Assembly (NCBI GenBank): GCA_963768145.1
Contig: CAVYHK010000033.1
Span: forward strand, 227,756 to 291,755
DNA length: 64,000 bases
Reading direction: 5' to 3'
Origin: an uncultured Bacteroidota bacterium
Lineage (GTDB): Bacteria > Bacteroidota > Ignavibacteria > Kryptoniales > JAKASW01
This document shows, piece after piece, positions 54,425-64,000 of this stretch (the first letter of the stretch is position 1; each line of letters opens with the position of its first letter). A program made the translations under genes and the position numbers. The notes under the pieces were generated by a model. The model ran no database searches, had not been told where the DNA came from, and worked only from the letters and a program-made list of their open reading frames with translations.

Positions 54425-55792
54425 ATGAGAATGAGGAACGCCGCTCAAATAAACGTTCGAGCTTTGGTTCAAATAGGCCTCGTGATTGTTCTATGCGGTA
54501 CCGCCCGGGCACAGGAGCCACAGAAATTTGTATTGACTCTTGACAAAGCCATCTCAATCGCACTTGAGCAAAACCGCGACGTCTTGATCGCTGACCAGGA
54601 CCGTTATAAGGCAGACGCGCGGATTGCCGAGGCTCGGTCTGGCGCTTTCCCACAGCTTTCTGTTTCCGCTCAGTACATGCGGTACATAAATCTGCCGGTA
54701 ATTTTTTTGCCAGCGAATTCGCCGCCATTTAATCCAACCACCTCCACCATATCCTTTGCCATCGGCTCTAACAATGCTTACCAGGGCGGCTTGACGCTGA
54801 CGCAGGCCCTCTACAGTCACCAGGTTGGAGTCGCACTCGACATCGCAAATACATACAAAGATTTTTCCGATGCGAGTTACGAATCAACAAAGCAAGGGGT
54901 GATCCTCGGCGTGAAGAAGGCTTTTTACGGAGTTTTGCTGATGCAGAAGCTTGTCGAGGCAAACAAGCAGGGGTTTGATGTCGTGAAGGCAAACTACGAG
55001 AATATCCAGTCGCTTTACAAACATGGTCAAGCGGCGGAATTTGATTTGCTCCGCGCAGAGGTACAGGTTGCGAACACGGAACCGTCCGTGATATCATCCG
55101 AAAACAATCTCGTCCTAGCGATGAATGGCATGAAAAGTCTTCTCTCTATCCCGCTTGACAGCAATGTGGTCGTCGAAGGCAATTTCACATTTACCGAGAT
55201 TCCGCAGTCCGTGCTTGAGCAGGGAACGCACGGTGCACTTGCAACCAATCCGTTAATACAGGCGCTTTCTTTCCAGGAATCGATGCTCGATAAGAACATT
55301 AGTGTGGAGCAATCGGGTTACTTCCCCTCGGTTTACGCCTTTGGGGCGTACCAGTGGCAGACAGAGGATAACACGTTCCAGTTCAGTAACTATTTGTGGG
55401 CAAAGATAATGAATGTCGGAGTGACGATATCGTGGAACCTATTCGACGGTCTAAGAACGCCTGCTCGGGTGGAGCAGGCAAGAATCGACCTGAGGGAACT
55501 ACAATACACAAAATTGAAGGCCGAAGAAGGCCTGACAATCCAGGTCCAATCCGCACTCCTCAAGATGAACGAAGCAAAGCGGCGGATTGAGGGGCAGGAG
55601 AAAAACATCGAGCAGGCGGAGAAAGCTGTCAGTATAGCTCAGACGAGGTACAAGAGCGGACTCGGGACGCAGCTTGAACTCTTGGATACTCAGGTCGCGA
55701 TGACGCTCGCACAAACGAATTATGCCCAGGCAATTTATGACTATCTGGTTTCGGAAGCGGATTGGGAATTCGCAGTCGGACAAGGTAAATAA
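54425..55792 (+). CDS. TolC-family outer-membrane efflux protein
   Basis: Signal peptide and two repeats of the OEP pattern (..LTLDKAISIALEQNRDV.., ..LLRAEVQVANTE..). Confidence 0.85.
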   Translation: MRMRNAAQINVRALVQIGLVIVLCGTARAQEPQKFVLTLDKAISIALEQNRDVLIADQDRYKADARIAEARSGAFPQLSVSAQYMRYINLPVIFLPANSPPFNPTTSTISFAIGSNNAYQGGLTLTQALYSHQVGVALDIANTYKDFSDASYESTKQGVILGVKKAFYGVLLMQKLVEANKQGFDVVKANYENIQSLYKHGQAAEFDLLRAEVQVANTEPSVISSENNLVLAMNGMKSLLSIPLDSNVVVEGNFTFTEIPQSVLEQGTHGALATNPLIQALSFQESMLDKNISVEQSGYFPSVYAFGAYQWQTEDNTFQFSNYLWAKIMNVGVTISWNLFDGLRTPARVEQARIDLRELQYTKLKAEEGLTIQVQSALLKMNEAKRRIEGQEKNIEQAEKAVSIAQTRYKSGLGTQLELLDTQVAMTLAQTNYAQAIYDYLVSEADWEFAVGQGK

Positions 55793-55973
55793 CTTAACCG
55801 CAAAGAGCGCAAAGATTGAACACTTTTCTAAAAATGTCGCAACGCCCGCAGAGAAAAACATTTCCTTTCATTCATTCCTTTTGTGTCCTTTGTATTTCCG
55901 TTGCGCCCCCTACAATTAATGGGCATAATTTGACGATTAACCAATCACCCGATAAATATTCTCGACATGGTAA

Positions 55974-57041
55974 ATGTATAGGAGGTTGAACTTGAACAAA
56001 AGAGTTTATTCAAGAAAGACATTTTTTGCAACGGCTTTGTTTGCCTGTATATTGGCGGCCGGTTGCGGAAAGCCTCAGGGCGAGCAGAAGAAACAATCCA
56101 TGGCGGCAACAATCCCGGTCGATGTTGCAGGTGCTAACCGCCAGACACTCTTCGTGACGAAGCAATTCTCCGGCACACTTGAGGGAGAGGAGCAGGCGAA
56201 CATAGTGCCGAAGATCTCGGAGAGGATAACTGTGTTAAATGCTCAGGTCGGCGAATCCGTGAGAGCCGGGCAGGTACTTGTCGAGCTTGACAAGAGCGGC
56301 GCGACATCACAATTCTATCAGGCGCAGGCGGCTTTCAACAATGCCGAAAAGACTTTCGAGCGAATGAAGGCACTTTACAATGAAGGTGCGATATCCCTTC
56401 AGTCGCTGGACGGGACGCAGACTGCCTACGAAGTTGCTAAAGCCAATTTCGAGGGGGCGAAAAGCGCTGTAGAGCTTGCAACTCCAATCCCAGGAGTCAT
56501 AACGGCTGTCAATGTAAACATCGGTGACCTAACGACACCGGGCGAAGTACTTATAACAGTGGCGAAGATTAATCGGATGAAGGTGAACTTCGACGTAAAC
56601 GAGACCGAGCTTTCGAATCTAACAGTTGGTCACGGTGTGCAGGTCTACTCGGAAGACCGCCCCGGGACGAAAGTCAACGGGCAAATTGTTCAGCTTTCCA
56701 AATCCGCGGACGTTCGGTCGCGCACATTTCAACTGAAAGCGGCATTTAACAATACTCCAGACAACTGGTTCCGACCCGGAATGTTCTGCAGGGTAAATGT
56801 GCCGATCTCGTCCCAAGCGGGTACGCTCGTGGTCCCAAGCACGGCGGTCCTTAGTGACGGCATTACGAGTCGGGTATTCGTCGTCCGGAATGGAAGATCA
56901 TTTCAGCAAATAATTTACGCTGGAGTCACGGATGGAAAGAACACTGAAATCCTCGGTGGGCTTTCCGATGGAGATACTGTTGTGACGACAGGTTCAACCA
57001 ACGCACGTGACAGCGGCTACGTCAGCATTGCGAACAAATAG
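55974..57041 (+). CDS. efflux RND transporter periplasmic adaptor (MFP) lipoprotein
   Basis: Lipobox ..CILAAGCG and an HlyD_D23-like body. An alternative TTG start at 55992 lies 6 nt after AGGAGG. Confidence 0.85.
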   Translation: MYRRLNLNKRVYSRKTFFATALFACILAAGCGKPQGEQKKQSMAATIPVDVAGANRQTLFVTKQFSGTLEGEEQANIVPKISERITVLNAQVGESVRAGQVLVELDKSGATSQFYQAQAAFNNAEKTFERMKALYNEGAISLQSLDGTQTAYEVAKANFEGAKSAVELATPIPGVITAVNVNIGDLTTPGEVLITVAKINRMKVNFDVNETELSNLTVGHGVQVYSEDRPGTKVNGQIVQLSKSADVRSRTFQLKAAFNNTPDNWFRPGMFCRVNVPISSQAGTLVVPSTAVLSDGITSRVFVVRNGRSFQQIIYAGVTDGKNTEILGGLSDGDTVVTTGSTNARDSGYVSIANK

Positions 57042-57183
57042 GAATTTGCCGCAGAGACCGCAAAGACCACATTTTCAGATGAAGATATCGCAAAGCACGC
57101 AAAGGAAAGGGAGCTTACCCCTAGTTTCTTTCACGTCCTCTCTGCGTCATTCGCGGCCAAGAAGAGAAAGCGAGCAAACATAG

Positions 57184-60100
57184 ATGAAACTTGCAGATGT
57201 ATCGATAGAAAGACCTGTCTTTGCCACGATGATGATTCTGGCGCTTATCGTGCTTGGATTGTTCTCATTCATCAAACTGAACATCGACCAATTCCCTGAT
57301 ATCGATTTTCCTTATGTGACGGTTACAAGCGTCCTTCCCGGCGCTGGTCCCGAACAGATAGAGACCGACGTCACGAAAAAAATAGAAGATGCGGTAAACA
57401 CCATCGGCGGGATAGACCACATCACATCCACCTCGCAAGAGGGTGTGTCAATTGTCATCATTCAGTTCAAACTTGAAGTGGAAGGGAAACAGGCGGCTCA
57501 GGACGTGCGCGAGAAGATTGCGGCAATCCGTGCAGACCTTCCGACAGACCTTGAGGACCCGGTAATACAGCGGCTCGATCCAGCAAGCCAGCCGATTTTT
57601 ACCCTGACCGTATCCGGCGCGCGCTCTGAAAAGGAAATCACGACTTATACGAAGAACGTCATCAAGAAACGGATTGAGAACGTTCCCGGGGTTGGTGAGG
57701 TCGATCTCGTCGGCGGTGCCGAGAGAGAAATCCGGATTGCGTTGGATGCGGCGAAACTGCAAGCTTACGCCCTCTCCGTTCAGGATGTCATTCAGGCGGT
57801 TTCGTCGTCGAATCTTGAAGTTCCCGCGGGCAATTTGGTGCAGGGCCCGCGGCAACTTCTACTTCGGACTATGGGCAAATACACAAGCGTGGATGATTTC
57901 AACAAAGTCATAGTTTCAACTCCGGGTGGAAGACCTGTCCACCTCTCCGATGTTGCGCAGGTCATTGACGGCGTGAAGGAGCAAACAAGTCTCACGCGCG
58001 TCAACGGCAGGGGCGCCGTTGGCCTCAGCATTCTCAAACAATCCGGAAGCAATACCGTAAGGGTTGCGGAAAGCATAAACAACGAACTCGCAAACATAGA
58101 AAAAGAAATTCCGAGCGATCTAAAGATCACAATTGCCCGCGACAACAGTACTTTTATCCGTGATTCGGTCAACGACGTCCTGTTCGATATTTTATACGGA
58201 GGGCTGCTTGCTATTATCGTCGTGTATCTTTTTCTTGCAAATCTTCGCTCGACTATCATAAGCGCAATTGCGCTCCCGACATCCATTATCGCGAGTTTCA
58301 TTATCATGTACGCGCTGAGCTTCACGCTGAACATGATATCGCTCATGGCCCTCTCGTTGGCAGTCGGACTACTCATCGATGATGCTATTGTCGTGATAGA
58401 AAATATCTTCAGGCACATGCAGCGGGGTGAAACGCCGATAGAAGCGGCGAAGGCGGCAACTGCCGAGATCGGGCTCGCGGTCATGGCAACGACGTTCACA
58501 ATCGTCGCCGTATTTGTGCCGATCGCATTCACTCCCGGACTCGTCGGACGTTTCTTCTACCAGTTTGGAATTACAGTCTCTGTTGCGGTGCTGGTCTCCC
58601 TGTTCGTGGCATTTACGCTGACACCGATGCTTTCTTCACGGTGGCTCAGCAAGGCTGATGAAGAATTAGATAACAAAGGTTCGTTCCTGAGAAGAGGGCT
58701 TTATTACTTTAACCACTTCTTCCAGATTCTCAGTCAGAAGTACCAGAAGGCGATCAAATGGTGTCTTGGCCATCGCATAACAATTGTGTTGGGTTCATTC
58801 GCAATTTTCATTGTGAGTATCGTTGTCATGATCTTCTTTCTTGGCACATCCTTCTTCCCGACATCAGACCAGGGCGAATTCAACGTAGTAATCACTGCCG
58901 CTCCCGGAAGCTCGCTCGAACAGACAAGCGCAATATGTGCTTCGATTGAAAATGCGCTTCAGAAACAGCCGGAGGTGATCACTACTCTTACGACCATCGG
59001 CGCAGGAAATGACCCGGTCACAAAAGCAAATATACTTGTCAAGCTTGTGAAAAAGTATCAGCGCAAACGCGGCGTCGAGAGAATCATGGACGACATGCGA
59101 GTGGAGCTGCAGAATATTCCCGGTGCAAACATCTCCTACGGGGCGACAGGCGGGGTGGGTGGTCCCCAGAAACCCGTAATCATGAGCGTTCGCGGCGACG
59201 ACTTGGCGACACTCAAGACGATCGCCGACCGCGTCGAGAATATTGTCCGTACGACACCAGGTGCGGTCGATGTCGAAAACAGCCTCGAGACTTCCAAGCC
59301 GGAGCTGAGGATCCGCATCGACCGTGAGAAAGCGTCCGACCTTGGAGTCAATGTTGGATTGATAGCCACAACGGCCCGCGCTCTAGTCGACGGATACGTC
59401 GCCACGAAATACCAGGAGGGTGAGGATCAATACGATGTGCGCGTCCAATTAAGAAAAGAAGACCGGACATCTCTCGAGAATGTGAACAACCTGAGCGTAA
59501 AGAGCAACAAAATCGTCGGAAACGGACAGAATCTTCTCGTGCCAGTGAGTTATGTTGCTGACGTCAACCAGAGCTCAGGTCCGTCGAAGATCAACAGGTT
59601 CGACCGCCAGCGTGAGATTCGCATCGACGCAAACCTTTCCGGGCGACTTCTGGGTCAAGTCCTCGGAAGCATCCAGAAACAGACGAACAAGCTTGTTGTT
59701 CCCGCAGGATACAATGTCGGCGTTGTGGGGCAGGGACAGATGCAGGCGGAGTCGTTTGCCAATATTTTTCTGTCGCTTGCTCTTGCTATAGTATTTATCT
59801 ACATCGTCCTCGCGGCACAATTTGAAAGCTTCACATACCCATTCGCAATCATGCTTGCGCTCCCGATGTCGCTTATCGGAGCAGTGCTCGGCCTGCTGGT
59901 TTTCAACAGCGCGCTCTCAATGATGTCTATGATCGGGATAATCATGCTCATGGGGCTTGTGACAAAGAACGGCATCCTGCTTGTGGATTATACGAACGTG
60001 CTGCGTGACCGGGGACTGGAGAGGACTGATGCGCTCATCAATGCTGGAGCAACGCGGCTTCGGCCAATATTGATGACGACATTCGCAATGATTTTCGGTA

Positions 60101-60264
60101 TGATGCCCGTTGCGCTCGGAGTGCGTGAAGGGAGCGAATTCCGCGCTCCGATGGGACAGGCAGTAATAGGCGGCCTCATAACATCGACACTCTTGACTTT
60201 GTTTGTTGTGCCGGTCGTGTATTCGATACTCGACGATCTCGGCAAAGTACTAAGAAAGAAATAG
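57184..60264 (+). CDS. efflux RND transporter permease (AcrB/HAE1-like)
   Basis: 1026 aa: SIERPVFATMMILALIVLG...AIDDAIVVIENI... Confidence 0.93.
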   Translation: MKLADVSIERPVFATMMILALIVLGLFSFIKLNIDQFPDIDFPYVTVTSVLPGAGPEQIETDVTKKIEDAVNTIGGIDHITSTSQEGVSIVIIQFKLEVEGKQAAQDVREKIAAIRADLPTDLEDPVIQRLDPASQPIFTLTVSGARSEKEITTYTKNVIKKRIENVPGVGEVDLVGGAEREIRIALDAAKLQAYALSVQDVIQAVSSSNLEVPAGNLVQGPRQLLLRTMGKYTSVDDFNKVIVSTPGGRPVHLSDVAQVIDGVKEQTSLTRVNGRGAVGLSILKQSGSNTVRVAESINNELANIEKEIPSDLKITIARDNSTFIRDSVNDVLFDILYGGLLAIIVVYLFLANLRSTIISAIALPTSIIASFIIMYALSFTLNMISLMALSLAVGLLIDDAIVVIENIFRHMQRGETPIEAAKAATAEIGLAVMATTFTIVAVFVPIAFTPGLVGRFFYQFGITVSVAVLVSLFVAFTLTPMLSSRWLSKADEELDNKGSFLRRGLYYFNHFFQILSQKYQKAIKWCLGHRITIVLGSFAIFIVSIVVMIFFLGTSFFPTSDQGEFNVVITAAPGSSLEQTSAICASIENALQKQPEVITTLTTIGAGNDPVTKANILVKLVKKYQRKRGVERIMDDMRVELQNIPGANISYGATGGVGGPQKPVIMSVRGDDLATLKTIADRVENIVRTTPGAVDVENSLETSKPELRIRIDREKASDLGVNVGLIATTARALVDGYVATKYQEGEDQYDVRVQLRKEDRTSLENVNNLSVKSNKIVGNGQNLLVPVSYVADVNQSSGPSKINRFDRQREIRIDANLSGRLLGQVLGSIQKQTNKLVVPAGYNVGVVGQGQMQAESFANIFLSLALAIVFIYIVLAAQFESFTYPFAIMLALPMSLIGAVLGLLVFNSALSMMSMIGIIMLMGLVTKNGILLVDYTNVLRDRGLERTDALINAGATRLRPILMTTFAMIFGMMPVALGVREGSEFRAPMGQAVIGGLITSTLLTLFVVPVVYSILDDLGKVLRKK

Positions 60265-60291
60265 AACACCGATGATACTGAAAATACGGAT

Positions 60292-60717
60292 TTGCACAGA
60301 TTGAAAGCTATTCTGCACGAAGAAACAACTAACACGATTATCAAAGCGTTTTACAGAGTCTACAACAAGCTAGGATCGGGCTTTCTCGAGAAAGTCTATA
60401 GAAACGCAATGGCTCTTGAATTGACAAAGATGGGGTTGCAGGTTGAGCAGGAGAAGAATATTAAGGTTTACTACGACAGTGTCGAAGTAGGAGATTACTA
60501 CGCTGATTTGTTGGTCAACGATCTTGTCATTGCAGAACTGAAAGCATCAGAGAGCCTGCGAGAGGAACACCAGGCACAACTCATAAATTATCTCAGCGCA
60601 ACTGATATTGAAGTCGGCCTGCTGCTGAATTTCGGCAAAAAGGCTGAATTTAAAAGAAAAATCTTCACGAATGACAGGAAAAAAAGAACAATCCGTGAAA
60701 ATCCGTTCATTCCGTGA
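60292..60717 (+). CDS. GxxExxY family protein (PD-(D/E)xK nuclease fold)
   Basis: IIKAFYRVYNKLGSGFLEKVYRNAMALEL...ADLLVNDLVIAELKA...QLINYL....EVGLLLNFG. Confidence 0.8.
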   Translation: MHRLKAILHEETTNTIIKAFYRVYNKLGSGFLEKVYRNAMALELTKMGLQVEQEKNIKVYYDSVEVGDYYADLLVNDLVIAELKASESLREEHQAQLINYLSATDIEVGLLLNFGKKAEFKRKIFTNDRKKRTIRENPFIP

Positions 60718-60757
60718 TTTCTGTGTTCAATTCTCTTAGCCCGGACAAGGAGGTATC

Positions 60758-61057
60758 ATGAAAATTGCATTTTTGGTTTGCAACGATGTCGTTTCGCCAC
60801 GCGTCATGAAACTGCTCGAGACCGCGGGAATCGATTATTACACTCGCTGGGAACATGTCAAGGGAAAGGGCCATGGTACAGATCCGCATCTCGACACTCG
60901 CAGCTTCCCCGGCACCAATGCGGTGTTCATGATAGCCTTCGAAGAAGAAACCTCACTGGATAGACTCGTCGAAGAGATTAATGAGGCCAACAAAGAAATT
61001 CCCAGACCGGACGACCACATCAGACTATTCCAGGTACCGCTGGAAAGAATAGTATAG
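60758..61057 (+). CDS. PG0541-family transporter-associated small protein (P-II-like fold)
   Basis: 99 aa: KIAFLVCNDVVSPRVMKLLETAGIDYYTRWEHVKGKGHGTDPHL. It sits downstream of the RND pump, as is typical of the family. Confidence 0.55.
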   Translation: MKIAFLVCNDVVSPRVMKLLETAGIDYYTRWEHVKGKGHGTDPHLDTRSFPGTNAVFMIAFEEETSLDRLVEEINEANKEIPRPDDHIRLFQVPLERIV

Positions 61058-61060
61058 CCT

Positions 61061-61585
61061 CTACCATCCCATTCTTTTCTTCAGTGAAGTTATATGCGCG
61101 ACGTGGTGCTTGCCATGCCATGCGTACATCTGAAGCGTCCTCTCAAGAACACTGACGCCGCTCTCGGGATGGACGAATTTTCGCTGAAAGTCTTCTGGCT
61201 TCATCGAGCGAAGCAGAAGAACCCATCTCTGATGTAAACCTTCAAATAGTTTTAAAGACATCTCTATATCGCCCGTTCTTGCATCAGAAAGCTCAGCCCA
61301 GAGTTGCTGGTTATAAGGCTTAATTGTCGGCCCGGTCTCCGTTAGTGCAAGCCTGAACCTGATATAGGCGTTCATGTGGCTGTCGGGAAGATGGTGTACG
61401 ACCTGCCTCACTGTCCATCCGCCGGGACGGTACGGCGTATCGAGCTGTTCATCCGATAATCTACTCACCGTGGCACGGAGAGCTGCCGGCGCTGCGGCAA
61501 TATCATCTATGAATTGACTGCGCTTCAGATCGGTTACTTCCGGTTCCGGTCTGAACTTGCCTATTGGATAGCTCAAGTCTTCCAT
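61061..61585 (-). CDS. DinB/YfiT-family metal-dependent (bacillithiol-type) transferase
   Basis: YPIGKF...PYRPGGWTVRQVVHHLPDSHMNAYIRF...HGKHHVAHI. Confidence 0.8.
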   Translation of the reverse strand: MEDLSYPIGKFRPEPEVTDLKRSQFIDDIAAAPAALRATVSRLSDEQLDTPYRPGGWTVRQVVHHLPDSHMNAYIRFRLALTETGPTIKPYNQQLWAELSDARTGDIEMSLKLFEGLHQRWVLLLRSMKPEDFQRKFVHPESGVSVLERTLQMYAWHGKHHVAHITSLKKRMGW

Positions 61586-61615
61586 CGTGTTTCCCTTTTC
61601 ATTCTGGTTTGTTCT

Positions 61616-62089
61616 TTACTTAACTGGAGCGATTACTTCGACTTCGCCGGCATGTTTGAACACCAAGGAAAATTTCACTTTTATCCCGGTTTTCAAATCT
61701 TCTTTTACGTCCATCAGCATGACATGATATCCACCGGGCTTGAATACAACACTCCCCTTCGCGGGTATGACCACAAAGCCTATCTCTTTCATTCCGACCA
61801 TTCCGTTTTTTCTAAAAGATTCATGAAGCTGTGCCATCTTGGCGAACTCCGCCCTGACCGCATACAGAGTGTCTGGTTCGAAGGAAAAGTTTGAAATTTT
61901 GAAATACGCTGCGCTCATCATTCCTTTTGCGGCTGGTCGAACGTAACCGTTCTCAATCTTGATTCCAGAAACCGTAGACAGCAGACCGGATGCCGGAGCC
62001 TCGAATGCAATTGATGAGACCAATAGCAGCATAAGCATCAACCCAAAATCTCTTTTCCCTGTCATCTGTATCCAGTTTCCTGTCTTCAT
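61616..62089 (-). CDS. copper chaperone PCu(A)C (DUF461)
   Basis: Signal peptide, then ..GMMSAAYFKISN...MVGMKEI..IPAKGSVVFKPGGYHVMLMD. Confidence 0.8.
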   Translation of the reverse strand: MKTGNWIQMTGKRDFGLMLMLLLVSSIAFEAPASGLLSTVSGIKIENGYVRPAAKGMMSAAYFKISNFSFEPDTLYAVRAEFAKMAQLHESFRKNGMVGMKEIGFVVIPAKGSVVFKPGGYHVMLMDVKEDLKTGIKVKFSLVFKHAGEVEVIAPVK

Positions 62090-62093
62090 AATC

Positions 62094-62741
62094 TTACTCC
62101 AACGATTTTATGTCCTTGACGATTTGTCCGAAGTCAAGCTGACTTCCACTGTATGTCCCCCGGACTCTTCCTTCTTGATCTATCAAAACCGATTTGTCGA
62201 TGTGGGTGATGTAATAAATAAGCTGACCGTCCTTCGAGTAGGAAGAATCTCCCGGAAAATATCTGACATCCATCGAGTATAGAACCGAATCCGTGTTTGC
62301 TTTTGAGCCGCTAAGGAAGCCCCAGTCTTTGAAATCTATTCCACGAATCGCTGCGTACTCTTTAAAGACGTGCGGGGTGTCTCTATTCGGATCAAACGTG
62401 AACGTGACAAACTGGACGTTTCTCAATCCGCTCGCCGATAGCGTATCTTGCAAATGCTGCATGTTGTTCGTGGTCAATGGACAAATATCAGGACAGTGTG
62501 TATAAATGAATGACGACACGACTGTCTTTCCTTTGTAGGCAGATGGAAAAGAAACCTGCATGCTATCCTGGTTCAGAAACGTATAGCGCATTCCGCTGAG
62601 ATCGTAAATCACGGGAAGCCTGCTGCAACCGGACAGAGCGCAAGAGGCAAGAATCAGGACCACAAATGAAGGCAGGGAACTGTAAACGAAAGCCCCGCCC
62701 TCCGTTTCGCGTCTTCTGTTTCCAATATTCCATGATTCCAT
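62094..62741 (-). CDS. SCO1/SenC family copper-binding thioredoxin-fold lipoprotein
   Basis: FIYTHCPDICP (CxxxC) and lipobox LSGCS. Confidence 0.85.
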   Translation of the reverse strand: MESWNIGNRRRETEGGAFVYSSLPSFVVLILASCALSGCSRLPVIYDLSGMRYTFLNQDSMQVSFPSAYKGKTVVSSFIYTHCPDICPLTTNNMQHLQDTLSASGLRNVQFVTFTFDPNRDTPHVFKEYAAIRGIDFKDWGFLSGSKANTDSVLYSMDVRYFPGDSSYSKDGQLIYYITHIDKSVLIDQEGRVRGTYSGSQLDFGQIVKDIKSLE

Positions 62742-64000
62742 TATTCCATCTTTTCCGTGACGACTGAAAAGTAAGCCCTGATGGCTTCCGCTGCTTTCCT
62801 GCCGACCACTTTTGCGATTTCTTCCAGCGATGCATCCTGAACGCCTTTAACCGAGCCGAACTGTCGCAGCAATTTTGTCGCCTTTGTTTCACCAATACCC
62901 TCGATACCGGTGAGCTGTGTCGAGATGACTCGCTTCTCACGGAGCGATCTGTGAAATGTTATCGCAAACCTGTGCGCTTCGTCCCGGATATGCTGAAGAA
63001 GCTTCAACGCAGACGATGTTCGTGGAAGCAAAACGGATTCGCTCTCACCCGGAACGAAAACCTCTTCGAGGCGTTTAGCAAGTCCAACTATCGGCTGGTT
63101 TTCCAGTCCGATCTGCCGCAGGACTTCAACTGCCGATGAAAGCTGTCCCTTCCCGCCATCGACCACGATCAGATCGGGAAGCTGACCGCCATCGTTCATC
63201 ACTCGCGTGTATCTTCTCTCGATAACTTCTTCCATGCTCGCGAAATCATCCGGGCCGATGACGGTTCTGATCTTAAATTTTCTGTAATCGCTCTTGCGTG
63301 GCTTCCCATCGACGAAGACAACCACGGATGCCACCGGATCGTTCCCCTGGATATTTGAATTGTCGAAACACTCGATTCGTCGCGGCGGCGCCGGCAGATG
63401 CAAATCTCTCTGCAGAGCTTGAAGTGTATGCGGAACAGTCTCTTTACCCTTCTCCTTCTGGATTTTCAATTCATCGAGCATAAACTTCGCGTTTGCCCGG
63501 CACATTTTGACGAGCTTCTGTGCCATAAGCGTATCAGCTTCAGGCTGAAAGTTCTCACCGCCTGTAGGCACCACTATCTTGATGTCGCTGCCGCGCTTTG
63601 ACTTCGCGATACTTTCAATAAACTCCACTTCGACCGGCTCGGCTGAAAGGTAAATCTCCGGCGGGATATAATCCGCGTTGACGTAATATCTTTCGATGAG
63701 TGTCTGTATCATCTCAGATTCCGACCGCCCGGCAACGTTGGAAAGGTAGAAGTGCTGCTTGCCGACGAGCTTTCCGTCGCGCACCTTGAAGATCACGCCG
63801 CAACCGTCATCACCTTCGCTCACTGCCGCAATGATGTCGCGCTCGATAAGCTCAATCGAAACCATCTTCTGTTTTTCGGAATAAACCTTTACAGCTTCAA
63901 GTTTTCTTTTTACCAATCCCGCCTTTTCAAATTCAAGTCTCTCTGAAAATATCGCCATCTCGTCGGTTAGCTGCCGAACAAGATCACGAGTCTTTCCCTC
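62741..64000 (-). CDS. uvrC: excinuclease ABC subunit C, C-terminal ~420 aa (gene runs off right edge)
   Basis: The frame is open to the window edge (..DEMAIFSERLEFEKAG..). It carries the RNase-H-like endonuclease region and a C-terminal (HhH)2 (LTGIEGIGETKATKLLRQFGS). Confidence 0.9.
   Translation of the reverse strand, partial: EGKTRDLVRQLTDEMAIFSERLEFEKAGLVKRKLEAVKVYSEKQKMVSIELIERDIIAAVSEGDDGCGVIFKVRDGKLVGKQHFYLSNVAGRSESEMIQTLIERYYVNADYIPPEIYLSAEPVEVEFIESIAKSKRGSDIKIVVPTGGENFQPEADTLMAQKLVKMCRANAKFMLDELKIQKEKGKETVPHTLQALQRDLHLPAPPRRIECFDNSNIQGNDPVASVVVFVDGKPRKSDYRKFKIRTVIGPDDFASMEEVIERRYTRVMNDGGQLPDLIVVDGGKGQLSSAVEVLRQIGLENQPIVGLAKRLEEVFVPGESESVLLPRTSSALKLLQHIRDEAHRFAITFHRSLREKRVISTQLTGIEGIGETKATKLLRQFGSVKGVQDASLEEIAKVVGRKAAEAIRAYFSVVTEKME

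Noticed and set aside
62563-62940. ORF 62563-62940 (minus strand) containing 'WNNGIMEYW'
   Set aside because: It is an out-of-frame read across the uvrC/SCO junction, and the 'EYWNNG' peptide comes from a short genome-wide repeat (also seen at 48310-48345).

Overview
This is a chromosomal window of about 60 protein-coding genes. Its gene families and repeat types look like an FCB-group (Ignavibacteriota/Bacteroidota-like) bacterium; that placement is an inference from gene content only.

Housekeeping blocks:
- valS (partial), sucC, gatB, tpiA
- efp-accB-accC-gcvH-gcvPA-guaA
- radC
- a fused homocysteine methyltransferase/MTHFR gene
- uvrC (partial)

Envelope and transport blocks:
- a K+ channel with a separate cNMP-binding protein
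- a ParA-like ATPase coupled to an M23 peptidase
- ArsR-DoxX
- SdpR/SdpI next to an ABC exporter
- a TetR-TolC-MFP-RND efflux operon
- SCO / PCu(A)C copper chaperones

Observations that ordinary annotation would not explain:
1. A 141-nt-period tandem array holds four tRNA-Val(CAC) units. Only one has a canonical T-arm. Two are otherwise identical copies with an exact 17-nt T-arm swap, and one is a diverged copy that keeps the variant hairpin. A sigma70-like promoter precedes the array.
2. A MITE family has terminal inverted repeats ~GGGTAGTGGCT and 7-bp target-site duplications. Five copies of 132-285 bp are present, carrying different hairpin cargos. One copy abuts the -35 box of the efflux-operon promoter.
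3. A tight four-gene cluster is of uncharacterised envelope type: a LolA-like protein, a signal-peptide YidD-like protein, and two paralogues sharing a C-terminal PGLGxxYxG membrane module.
4. A stand-alone protein fuses a HEPN-like domain (RNTLVH) to a CBS pair. It sits in a small decayed islet with a GIY-YIG remnant and a transposase remnant.
5. Small nuclease-fold genes (DUF559, GxxExxY) are bracketed by long inverted repeats.
6. Conserved genes carry four apparent 1-nt frameshifts (two of them in gcvPA), three at short homopolymer or GC runs, and there is a decayed SDR paralogue.

No rRNA, CRISPR array or intact transposase was seen.
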